DNA of 64,000 nucleotides from Mytilus trossulus (Eukaryota). Each line of letters begins with the position of its first letter. Position 1 is the first letter of the stretch. Position numbers and translations under genes: made by a program. Below are positions 52,401 to 64,000 of this stretch, one piece after another. The stretch covers positions 94,715,630 to 94,779,629 of the forward strand of contig NC_086376.1 in assembly GCF_036588685.1 (NCBI RefSeq). Direction: 5' to 3'. The notes beneath the pieces are model-generated. The model did no database searches. It had not been told where the DNA came from and saw nothing but the letters and a program-made list of their open reading frames with translations.

Positions 52401-54692
52401 CTGCAACTTTGGTTAGCATGTCTCTATCTATTAAGTCAGTACAATAATGTCATAGAGGATCTTCACGTTCAAAACTTGCCATATTACGAAAAGAACAAGT
52501 TGGAGAGAAACTAATAAAATGCTACTGTACACTTTGACTGCAATGGCTCGAATGACTTTAAACCACCTGAGTTCATTCGTGCATGAACTCAATATCCCAA
52601 TCGAACCGACCTTACTATAATTACCCAAACACGTGTTAACTATAAACAACAACTTTACATGTTCGATTTTGTACAACTTTGATAAATACATTAGTAAATT
52701 AATCTTTTATATAACAATAATATAATGTTTTGTAATTACTGCCGTTTGTCATACTCTGTCGAGTCCGGCAGATATTGAAATTTGTTGTTCTGTTGCCTCA
52801 GAAACGTTTTCTAGTTCAAGGTTAAAAGCATAAAAGGGAATCAAAAGATACCAAAGAGATATTCAAGCTCACAAGCCGAAGTTAAACTGATTCAAACGAA
52901 TTAAGATTACTTTTTCATTCTCCTATTTGAAGTCCCACCTGATTTTGACAACATTCTGTAATTGCATTTTAGAACCCCACCAAAGTTCAGTGTATACAAC
53001 TTCTTACTAATTTCTCTCAAAAAGATTGTATTTTCTGGTTCAGTGGTTGGATTTTTTTATTTTTCGCTTTTTCGTTCAAAGTATTTTCTAAATTATAATA
53101 GAACAATAACATAATGGCGAGATGTTTAAAAGTACAGAGCCACGTCAAATGTTTCAAAGAAACACTAAAAAGTCTCACGTACAATGTTCACCAGCTACAA
53201 TGAAAGATAATACAAACAACACATTGACGGGATGCATATATATAAGTACTGAGCCACGTCAAACGGATACCACTAAAACCAGGCCTAATAGTAAAAGTAA
53301 TATTAACAATTGAACAAAGACAAATTAAAGAGGAATATAACACGTTATAAGATGGTAAAAAAAGTCAGTTCGCAGAATCTATACACCAAGACCATCGAAT
53401 ATTATTTGTGAAATTGATACGGAATATTTATTAACAAGGTCTTGATCCCTTCCGATGGTTTTTTTTTAGGAAAAGGACGAAACGGTCTTTGACATACCCC
53501 TGGTTCCTCAACTTTCTGCTCAGACTGCAACCATGCAATGAAATGTAGTGTTTCCAAACAACTACTCTTACCAACCGGCGAAAATATGTTTAGAATGTAT
53601 AAATACACAACAATGTGCAATAAGATTATAAGGCCCTAGTGATTACTCGAACAGTTACATCCTTAATGTATATACTGAGTCCTTTTTATTGCAGTGGTAT
53701 TTAATGAATTGTAAAAGAATAATCGTGATTAACAGTAGTATTCTGATTTCTCTGAAATACAATAGTACGTCGGTTTGCACCTTAATCTACACTTGACAAC
53801 ATCTAATATAATAACCACTACCTTATTTATTTTGCATTGATTTGGTGAACCACTTAGACAAACAAATTATTGAAGAATTCGTTGGTATGAAAAGGAAATG
53901 ACATTCATCATTCTATTAATATTATGTAAATAACCTTATAAAGATATTTTGAAAAAAAGAAGTTATGCAGAAAGTTTGTATTTGATCCAAAGTCATCACA
54001 GAGTTCCATGATTGGAAAAACCGAATAAATAATGAGATCACCAGAATAACATGATAGATGTGTCATTACTAGTGACAAGATACACAATACATCTGCACTA
54101 AAATAAGGAAGTCAGTAACCTCGCAAACCAATCAAACGGAATCAAGAGAGACAAGTATTTCGAGAGAAAAGTCGTACGAACAAACTATCAAACTAAATCG
54201 CGGGATAATACGAGCTTCCAATAAAATCTGTCACTGATAGCAGATAATCCGTAACATGTAATAATGTCACGTGTCACATGACAAGTTGGCGGGAGATATT
54301 AGCCAATAAAAGGTAGCCATTGGTGGGATCTATTATTTTGTGAAAGGAAGTGAGCAATTCGGAAATATAACAAAGATGATTAATTATATCTAACCACATG
54401 GTCCGTGGTCTTTATTTATTTATACGTCTTAGACTGCCATTAAAACGTTCAATTACTAGTATTATTTGACACTGGAAATGTAGGTATAAAAACGCAGTGA
54501 TCTAGATACATGAATATCAAATGAACTCGTCTACAAATGTCTTTTTGTATTTCTTTGTTACATATTTATTTGTGTTATAGTGGTTAAGATTATAACACAA
54601 TGTTGACTACTGTACTCCTATTTTTTATATGTTAACTTAACATTTTTGTTTGTTTTGTTAACACATCGTTGTCAATATATTTGAATTGTATA

Positions 54693-54801
54693 CGACTGTC
54701 ATACATGACAAGTGAGAGGTTTAGTTAGTTATAAAACCAGGTTTAATCCACCTTTTTCTACATAAGAACATTCCTGTACAAAGTTAGGAAACCGACAGTT
54801 G
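54693..54801 (+). ncRNA. Putative twister, subfamily B, mutated (element ~54540-54908)
   Basis: P5 CGACUGUC/GACAGUUG, GUGA GAGGU, UUUAAUCCACC, CCUG UACA AA GU UAGG A. One pseudoknot mismatch. Confidence 0.6.
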
Positions 54802-57233
54802 TTATCCATTTGTTAGATGTGCTTGAGATTTTGATTTTGCCATTTTATTGCGGACTGTCAGTTTTGAGTTTTTTCCTCAGAGTTGGTATTTTTGTTATTT
54901 CACTTTTTTATATAGCATTATCTTCTAAATGAGATATTTTGTAACATAGACGATGAATAAAACTTTATTTAATGGGGACAGATATAGAAGGTTTCAAGGT
55001 GCGTGAATGTTTTAATTGAGCAAAAACCATCCCTTGAATTAAAATATACTACAATGTACTAAAGAACACGGAAAGACAAACAACATCCAGGAAACACTGT
55101 ATAAAAATATTACTCTTAACAATCATGACCCTACTATACATTATACATCATAAATAACCCTTAAGGTATGATTTAAAAGTAAATAATAGTGTTGTTCAGA
55201 AATTAATTATATCCTGAAATAGTCTACTAAATAGCGTATAACATGACGAACGTGCGATATCAAGAATTCTTTAATATATCGTCTGCTGTCGGCGGTGTTT
55301 ATAAGAATCTGCAACACCAAGGAATCATTAGTTTGCGTAATAACACCTTATAGTATGGTCATTATAGTAAATGATCAAGTTCAGTCCGTCATTTTAAAGA
55401 TAGCAAACAAGTTCAGTACCAAGACAGGAATTATCCATATGACAATTGTTTTTCGTTCTTCGATGTTTTTCAGCTTTTGATTTTGCTATTTGATAACGGA
55501 CTTTTCGTGTTGATCTTGCTTTGGACTTCGGTATTTTTGTTATTTTACTATTTATTAAACCAAATTGTTTAAAGAAAATATATATTGTGTTATCATTAAT
55601 AACTGTATTTTGTTTGGAAAATATATAGATATATATTTTTATTACTTTTCATTTATATATGAGCAAAAATTACTCTGATTTAATTTTAAATTAGTGTTTA
55701 CTATAAATGTGTGTGATCTCCATTTTTTTTTCTATTTATCTTAAGTTTAGATTGAAAGATGACTTCTTATATTTTTATTTTACATGTTGATAATCAAATT
55801 TCTATCTCTATTACTAAAAAAAATGAAAACATGTTATGAATTCCATTCATCCGAGGTACTTTTTCTGGATTTAGCGTCAGTTTTGATTTAGGGAGTTAAA
55901 ACTTTTTTTTTAATTTCAGAAATAAATGTACAAAAAGGCCACCATTTGTTAATACCTAATTCTTAACGCAACATTATCCTTACTAGAGGAAGGGGTGAAT
56001 TGTCGGTTTATTTCATTCTGTTCCTTTGTGTCAAAGTAGCGATAAATTTCATCATTAGCTTAACAGTTTATAAAGATCACTCAGCCTCATACACAAAGAA
56101 TCAAAAGTGTCTTCATCTTTTTTTTTCAAAACTACATATCAATGGTATTAATTATTTATTTCAGAAGATGTGTTTTTGTTCTTGCTTTTAAAATTCTTAT
56201 ACATTATTTGAGTCAATGTTTATGAAGTGATGTAGTGTTATAACATCAGATTATCGGTAAAGGGATGTGGAGAAACATTCTTAGGCTGTGATATGTGTTG
56301 AGGAGGTTAGAAAGTTAATTCCTAAACTATTGAAGATCGATGTTTGTTAGGCTTCTTGTCAAATGTATAATTGAAAAACATGTCTCATTAATATATACTT
56401 CGTGAATTTCAAGTTTTGTCATCAACTTTTTGTCTTATGTATTTGAACTTGTATTTCCTATAATATACTTAATTAAATATTCAGTGCTTCGGTACTGACA
56501 TGACTTTTCTTCTTCTTTTGAATTTGATTGACTTTTTTTCATTTTAAAAATTTATGACGATTGAATGGCATTATCCGTGCTTAATAAAGTAAAAACATTT
56601 AATTTTCAGAAAAGAAAACTATTTCCTAACTAAAGGTAGATATTGAAAAATACCCATCAATATCAACAAAATGCATAAATGAAGAAAAAGGTTGTACTGT
56701 CGTGTGATTTATGCGTTAAATAAAATTGAGAATGGAAATGGGGAATGTGCCAAAGAGACAACAACCCGACCATAGAAAATACAACAGCCGAATGAAATTT
56801 TTATATTTGATAAATCATTTTGCTTGTGCGTAATAGAAGTAAATAAAATATCAGAATTCCTACATGCCTGTTCGAAAAATAGAATGACTCCGAAATGTTT
56901 TTCTTTATCTAACTATAGGGGTGATAAAATACCCGAATGTTTTCAGAATTGACGTATATCTGAACAATACATCATGACAAAAAAAATCTGAATAACAGTT
57001 GGCAAAAAAAAATCCTTCATCTTGCTATTTCACATGACAAATATATCAAAGAAGATGTGGTATGATTGCCAATGAGACAACTATCCACAAAAGACCAAAA
57101 TGACACAAACATTTTAAAACAACTAAAGGTCACCGTACGGCCTCCAACAATGAACAAAGCCCATATCGCATAGTCAGCTATAAAAGGACTTCTGACAATA
57201 ATAAGAATACTTTTAAAAATAATTCAATCTTAC

Positions 57234-57374
57234 CTGTGCATAACACCTGGCCATGCACCGTCCTTTTCGTATTTCCTGTGAATAGAACTGGTCATTCACA
57301 AAACTTATAGAATCGACACTTAAATTCCATGGAAACTCTAATATGAAAATAATCACGAAGAATACAAAGGCCAT
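57234..57374 (-). CDS. ANOS1-like: Anosmin-1-like gene, first coding exon (proximal copy): signal peptide + start of Cys-box
   Basis: ATG at 57374, 47 codons MAFVFFVIIFILEFPWNLSVDSISFVNDQFYSQEIRKGRCMARCYAQ, donor CAG|gtaaga (phase 0). Hydrophobic N-terminus. RCMARC resembles the anosmin RCASRC motif (recalled). Confidence 0.85.
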
Positions 57375-59960
57375 ATGTATTTTGAATTAGGAATGTAGAA
57401 AGTTTCGACTTTGTGGAATCAATATATAATACTTCTACTGAGTTACGCCTTCGTCAACGTTGTTGCTCGTCAGTGATTTGTCTCTTGAAAAAAATACTGT
57501 TTTTTATTATTTTATTTGACGTTAATGACTAAACAGAAATAATCAATGAAGGGATATAATTATAAAACTTATTCAAAGACAACAATGAGATGTTCATTTT
57601 CTATTTTCTATTTTTTTTTTGTCATTTTGTATGAGCATGCTGTTGTCGTTTGTTTCCATCCGATCGTAGGTAGATTAATTGGTTGGTAAGTGACGCTTTT
57701 AAAAAAACCGGATCAGCACAAAAAAAGCCAGTAAACTCAGATCCTAGATAAATATGTAATTAATACGCTTAATGAAGCAGTAGTTTAATCATGGGAACAA
57801 ATGTGAAAATGTGTTTGTAACAATAAAATAGCAGTGGAAGTCAGCGGAATTATAATATGCTGTGTACGATAAGTAAAATGCTAGGGTTGTAAAGCCAAAT
57901 TCTAATTACAACCTTGAAAATAAAATACATAGCCTTTACTCTTGTTAATTACATTAAAATTAAAATTACAATAATGTTCTAAAAGAGGAAACTAACAGAT
58001 ACAGTTAGAGACATGTGCTTTGAGAGACTGTTTCTTTGGTCAATGTCAAACTCCAATCAAATAATATAGCATGGCAGTTATTTTACAGACATTGATTAAA
58101 ATTAGACATCATAATTATTGTTTTCAATAGAAGGGTGCAAAACCTAGATTTAACTTAACCCACACTTTAAATAACTGCTTCGAATGAAACTCCTGGAATA
58201 AAACAATAGAAAGAAATAGTTGTAATACTGATAAGAATAATTTAACAGCCCCAAATTATAAATTGACGTTTAGTTAACAAAGTCGTCAGGTTTAATTTAA
58301 ATGTCAGGTGCCCAATACGACAAGTGAAGATACAGGCCAAAATATTTTAAAATTCAATATATTCAAAAATTGAAGAGGTTATAAACCGAAAGGGAAAAAC
58401 ATAACTCGCACATGGAATTTTCAGATTTTGGTTCGGAATAGATAAGTATGATCCCCACATAAAATGTAAACTGATATATGCATTGAACAATTTGTCAAAG
58501 TGGCTGTGTAATAAAGAGAATACAAACAGTGAATTCGTTTTGTAATTTACAAAAAACTAGGTCTATGTGTTTATTAATCTTTTCTCTAAATATATATTAG
58601 GATATTACTAATGTTCAGTCTTTTGTATTTGACAGATACTATATTCATTTTTTATTATCATCGTAATATCGTCCTTTCTATAACTTTGTATATGGTTTAT
58701 GAGAATAAAGGTCATTTATTCATTCATTCGTCTTCTTTGTATTTGTGTTATTGAAAACATAGGCACTAGGAAATGAATCGGTCGATCCAATATCAATTAT
58801 TATCTGATTTCGCCAGTTCCAATTGGTATTGTTTAGAAATATCATTTAAGAACTTTTTCACAAAGTTATTAGTTATAGGTCGACAATTCTCTTCAATAGA
58901 TATATATTTTTTTTTAAAAGGTGTTGTTTGATTGGCCATAAGACAACTGTCCACCATAGATCACATGAGATTGGCCTTTTTATCTTTTTATTCGAGTTCA
59001 TTTGTCTGGCTTACACATTTTTAATCCTGTTATCATTAATGAGTTTATTTACAACTGCTGGTCGGTGCCATTGTTTCCATCCCGATGGTATTAACAGCCC
59101 AGTAGTTAGCACGTATGTGTTGGCATGCATTAGTATTGATGTGTTTATATTTATAAATGATATGATTACAAAAAAAATTTAAAAAAATACTGACTAAAGG
59201 TTTTCTACCCAAGGAATAGATTACGTTAGCTGTATTTGGCTAAACCTATCGAAATTGTAGACGCTCAATGCTCTTTAGCTTGGTACTTTATTATACATTT
59301 TAATCTGTTTTAATCGAGTTTCACTGGTGTGTTTTCTGTAGATGAAACGCACGTAAGGCGTACAAATTTGTATCTTGCTATATATGATGAGCTAATTCAC
59401 TGATTTGCGCTTGAATCAAAATACCTGTTGGAACTTTTGTCAATAAACATAACATGTTTTACCTGTTACATTCAATATGGAATAAACAGGACTATTGTGG
59501 CACAAAGAAGAGTCTGAAAGTAAAATGACGTTTTATTCAGTTGAGAAGTAGACATCTGATTACTCATTGTATTAATTTGTCTATCACATCTGGATAAGGC
59601 CATTCTAAAAAAGTTTAGAGCGCCAATTACCTCAAAATAGGCATATAAAACAATGATAAAATTAACGGTATCAGAGGAACAACATACAAGCATCTGTTAT
59701 TTCAAAATAGTAAAGATGAAAACAAGAACACATTTAATAAGAAAGAAAAGTTTGTGTTTTGGTTTTTGAGAATTCAGAGAGTTTATCGGAAAACACAACT
59801 CTGCTTGTGAAATTGGCAGTATATATTTACATGTAGCTACATGTACTTCATGAAAATGTAATAGGCTGGACTAATAGTTATGTACAAATGTGACTATTTT
59901 GTTTATTAACAAACGCGGAGTTATGTATGTTTGCCTCGTTATGTAAATTCACTCTTGCAA

Positions 59961-60417
59961 ACACAGGCAAAATTAACTCACATCAATATCACGTGAATTT
60001 AAATTCATGTGCATGAATCTCACGTGAAATTCACATATATTTCACCTCAAACGAGCTTATACATGAAACTCACGTGAAATCAGTTTTTTTCAGTTTCATG
60101 TGAATCTCATATGAATTTCACATGAAAATCACTTAGATTTTTTCATGTGAAATTCACATGAATTTTTAAAATAGAGTATTTCAAATAGCATCCAAATTTT
60201 CAAATTTTATCAAAATCATGAAAAATATCAAATTTTGTTGTTGTTAGTTTCACGTGAAATTCATGTGAAAAATTACACATCAGACTCATGTAAGTCTCAA
60301 TTCACATGAAAATTTTCACCTGAGATTCATGTATATAAGCTCGATTGAGGTGAATCTCACGTGAAATTTTTTATGTGAATTTCATGTGAGATTCATGTGA
60401 GCAAATTTTGCCTGTGT
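59961..60417. mobile_element. MITE with TIRs and dense TCACRTGA repeats
   Basis: TIR acacaggcaaaatt / aattttgcctgtgt. Many tcacgtga, tcacatga and tcatgtga units inside. Confidence 0.8.
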
Positions 60418-60810
60418 ATACGAGAAGCAACTACGTGATATGCGCAACACTCGTGGGTAGACCTGACGTAAAAAACAGTGTATGCTGTCCCGTTACACCT
60501 TCTGCAAACTAGGATTGACAAGACGCTACGACAGGGTTTGCCTCCCTGTTACAAATACAGCACTCATGTGCATGTCAAACTCGATCGGCAACAGGGTATA
60601 CCTCTACATTTATAAACATGTCATTCGTAGAAAGACCCGACGTAACGACAGGGTGAGTATATTATATTATATATCACGCAATTATGGCAAAATTGAAAAT
60701 TGTAATCCAGTTTTAACAATTACATGTAAAGTCATGACAAATCTAAAGAAAGTCTACTGATGTTCTACTCATGTTCGTTTAATTGCCACTTGTCTTTTCG
60801 TAACTTTCTG

Positions 60811-60893
60811 TGATAGATCCAATGTGTTAACTACTTGATAGACCCAATGTGTTAACTCTCTGATAGACCCAAGGTGTTAACTCCCTGATAGAC
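60811..60893. repeat. 25-bp tandem repeat x3
   Basis: tgatagacccaatgtgttaact-- at 60811, 60836, 60861 and 60886. Confidence 0.9.
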
Positions 60894-61012
60894 TGTCATT
60901 GTGATTTTGTTCTATTATAGTTTTTGTATTCTTGCCTTTCAGTTTTTCTTATGTGCTTTGCATCTATACCTTTTGTGCTTCATTTTTTCATATTTGTTTG
61001 TTTTTATAATAA

Positions 61013-62120
61013 TTAAGAAATAATTCATGGAAGCCATAGATTATTGGAAATTCTAACATGACGTCCTTCAAACGCTTTGAGTACACACCCGTGGTAAAAT
61101 ATGAATATATTTCATGGGCTGTTCCCATTGTACCCCCACGTCATATGTTTTTTAATGAATGAGCGACTCGACGTCATAGAACAATGACGTCAGAATATAA
61201 GCAATTTACGGGAAAATACACGCTTGTGAAACGGAAAATCATCACAACAAGGAAACGTTAATAAATGATGCTAAAATGAGTTATATTAGCCGTTTTTGTA
61301 TATATATGAGACATATAAGTACAATAATAATTAGATTCATCTAAAATTATCTAAATATGTTATTATAAATAGTTTAAGCATCATCATTTATTCAGTTTGC
61401 TCCGTTATTTTACGTCAATTTAATAGTGCGTTTATATATTGGAACGGCAAATAATCATAAATGCCATCACCTAGAGCGCTTCGATCCAAAATAATTGCCG
61501 TATTTGTCCTATTAGAATCGAAATAATTCATGGGGGCTTGAATATATCTAGATTTTACCACGGGTTGTCCCTTTATGCCGATATTTTACCCCTCGCTATC
61601 GCTCAGGGTAAAATATTTGTCATAAAGGGCCAACCCGTGGTAAAATCACGATATATTCAAGCCCCCATGAATTATTTCTTAATTTACACATGGCCTGGGC
61701 CGTGATATTCGAATTTTATCCTGAGCGTTAGCGAGGGATTAAATCAACGAATATCACGGCCCAGGCCATGTGTAAATTTCCAATAATCTATGGCTTCCAT
61801 GAATTATTTCGATTCTAATAGGACAAATACGATCATTAAAAAAGCTGAAGCGAGGGTGGGTAAATCTGTGTGTATGGCTGTTCTTTTTTACTCCCTGTTA
61901 GATAAAGCTCATCATTTTAATAGATCCGTAGCTTGCACGGATTATTTCGTGAACAACCGCTGAAAAAAAATGTTTCATTCTCAAAACCAACAATTGTCAT
62001 GTTGATTTATATGTTTTTTCCCGTGAGCTACCGTCAAATCTAAAGTTGACATTTCGTAACCAATGAGCCGCCATGTTGACTTGCTGAAATCAGTACATAT
62101 GCGAATAATGCAATAGAATA
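61013..62120. mobile_element. Compound palindromic element(s) with two long hairpins (Crypton-like, inferred)
   Basis: Hairpins at 61520-61678 and 61681-61777. 61017-61051 is inverted at ~61775-61810, and 61500-61533 is inverted at ~61797-61830. Confidence 0.6.
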
Positions 62121-62735
62121 GAAAATCAAACATAACCTACCTTGAAAAATACCCATCAATATCAACAAAATGCATATATGAAAAAAAAGGTTGTACTGTC
62201 TTGTGATTTATGCGTTAAATAAAATTGAGAATGGAAATGGGGAATGTGACAAAGAGACAACAACCCGACCATAGAAAATACAACAGCCGAATAAAAGTTT
62301 TATATTTGATAAATCATTTTGCTTGTGCGTACTAGAAGTAAATAAAATATCAGAATTCCTACATGCCTGTTCGAAAAATAGAATGACTCCGAAATGTTTG
62401 TTTTTTTATCTAACTATAGGGGTGATAAAATACCCGAATGTTTTCAGAATTGACGTATACCTGAACAATACATCATGACAAAAAAAAATCTGAATAACAG
62501 TTGGCAAAAAAAAATCCTTCTTCTTGCTATTTCACATGACAAATATAAAAAAGAAGATGTGGTATGATTGCCAGTGAGACAACTATCCACAAAAGACCAA
62601 AATGACACAAACATTTTAAAACAACTATAGATCACCGTACGGCCTCCAACAATGAACAAAGCCCATATCGCATAGTCAGCTATAAAACGACTTCTGACAA
62701 TAATTAGAATACTTTTAAAAATAATTCAATCTTAC

Positions 62736-62876
62736 CTGTTCATAACACCTGGCCATGCACCGTCCTTTTCGTATTTCCTGTGAATAGAACTGGTCATTCA
62801 CAAAACTCATAGAATCGACACTTAAATTCCATGGAAACTCTAATATGAAAATAATCACGAAGAATACAAAGGCCAT
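62736..62876 (-). CDS. ANOS1-like: Duplicate of the anosmin-1-like first coding exon (distal copy)
   Basis: Same 141-nt exon with intact ATG and CAG|gtaaga donor. Two amino-acid differences (I23M, A46E). Lies inside the 56643/62142 duplication. Confidence 0.75.
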
Positions 62877-64000
62877 ATGTATTTTGAATTAGGAATGTAG
62901 AAAGTTTCGACTTTGTGGAATCAATATATAATACTTCTACTGAGTTACGCCTTCGTCAACGTTGTTGCTCGTCAGTGATTTGTCTCTTGAAAAAAATACT
63001 GTTTTTTATTATTTTATTTGACGTTAATGACTAAACAGAAATAATCAATGAAGGGATATAATTATAAAACTTATTCAAAGACAACAATGAGATGTTCATT
63101 TTCTATCTTATATATTTTTTGTCATTTTGTATGAGCATGCTGTTGTCGTTTTTTTCCATCCGATCGTAGGTAGATTAATTGGTTGGTTAGTGATGCTTTT
63201 TTTAAAAACCGGATCAGCACAAAAAAAGGTAGTAAACTCAGATCCTAGATAAATATGTAATTAATACGCTTAACGAAGCAGTAGTTTAATCATTGGGAAC
63301 AAATGTGAAAATGTGTTTGTAACAATAAAATAGCAGTGGAAGTCAACGGAATTATAATATGCTGTGTACGATAAGTAACAAGCTAGGGTTGGAAAGCCAA
63401 ATTATAATTACAACACCTTGAAAATAAAATACATAGCCTTTACTCTTGTTAATTACATTAAAATTACAATAATGTTCTAAAAGAGGAAACTAACAGATAC
63501 AGTTAGAGACATGTGCTTTGAGAGACTGTTTCTTTGGTCAATGTCAAACTCCAATCAAATAATATAGCATGGCAGTTATTTTACAGACATTGATTAAAAT
63601 TAGACATCATAATTATTGTTTTCAATAGAAGGGTGCAAAACCTAGATTTAACTTAACCCACACTTTAAAAAACTGCTTCGAATAAAAATCCTGGAGTAAA
63701 ACGTTAGAAAGAAAAAAAAGTTGTAATACTGATAAGAATAAGTTAATAGCCCCAAATTATAAATTGACGTTTAGTTAATAAAGTCGCCAGGTTTAATTTA
63801 AATGTCAGGAGCGCAATTCGACAAGTGAAGATGCAGGCCAAAATATTTTCAAATTCAATATATTCAAAAAATGAAGAGGTTATAAACCGAAAGGGACAAA
63901 CATAACTCGGCCTTGGAATTTTCAGATTTTGGTTCGGAATAGATAAGTATATTCCCTTCATAAAAATGTAAACTGATATATGCATTGAACAATTTGTCAA

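Larger units (their letters stand above)
56643..64000. repeat. Recent direct duplication, ~5.5-kb offset: 56643-58498 vs 62142-64000 (runs off the window)
   Basis: Near-identical collinear sequence from ttgaaaaatacccatcaat onward, with scattered SNPs and small indels. Includes coding exon 1. Confidence 0.95.

Overview
AT-rich, repeat-dense eukaryotic DNA. The repeat families, especially the 350-bp hammerhead repeats, point to a mussel (Mytilus-like bivalve); this is inferred. One host gene spans nearly the whole window on the minus strand and is missed by the ORF track. It is an anosmin-1 (KAL1)-like secreted protein with five in-frame coding exons (57374-57234, 11898-11812, 5209-5147, 4583-4499, 2103-1937). 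It has a signal peptide, an intact Cys-box and the start of an FN3 domain, but no WAP domain. The first coding intron is ~45 kb, and exon 1 is duplicated 5.5 kb upstream (62876-62736). The introns contain: a 5'-truncated Penelope-like (Naiad/Chlamys-type) RT element inserted in a 28-bp satellite; further PLE fragments; a 350-bp hammerhead retrozyme array; MITEs; Harbinger and DIRS/Ngaro relics; palindromic elements; and several minisatellites that generate spurious ORFs. The main finding is that several apparently unrelated dispersed repeats share one circularly permuted (P5-type) twister-ribozyme fold. P3, P5 and both pseudoknots covary between subfamilies, and P1 is replaced by two adjacent palindromes. 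A similar double palindrome lies in the 3' UTR of the PLE. I infer a family of twister-bearing, possibly dimer-acting, non-autonomous retroelements mobilised by PLE RT. All structures were derived by eye and need covariance-model and biochemical confirmation.
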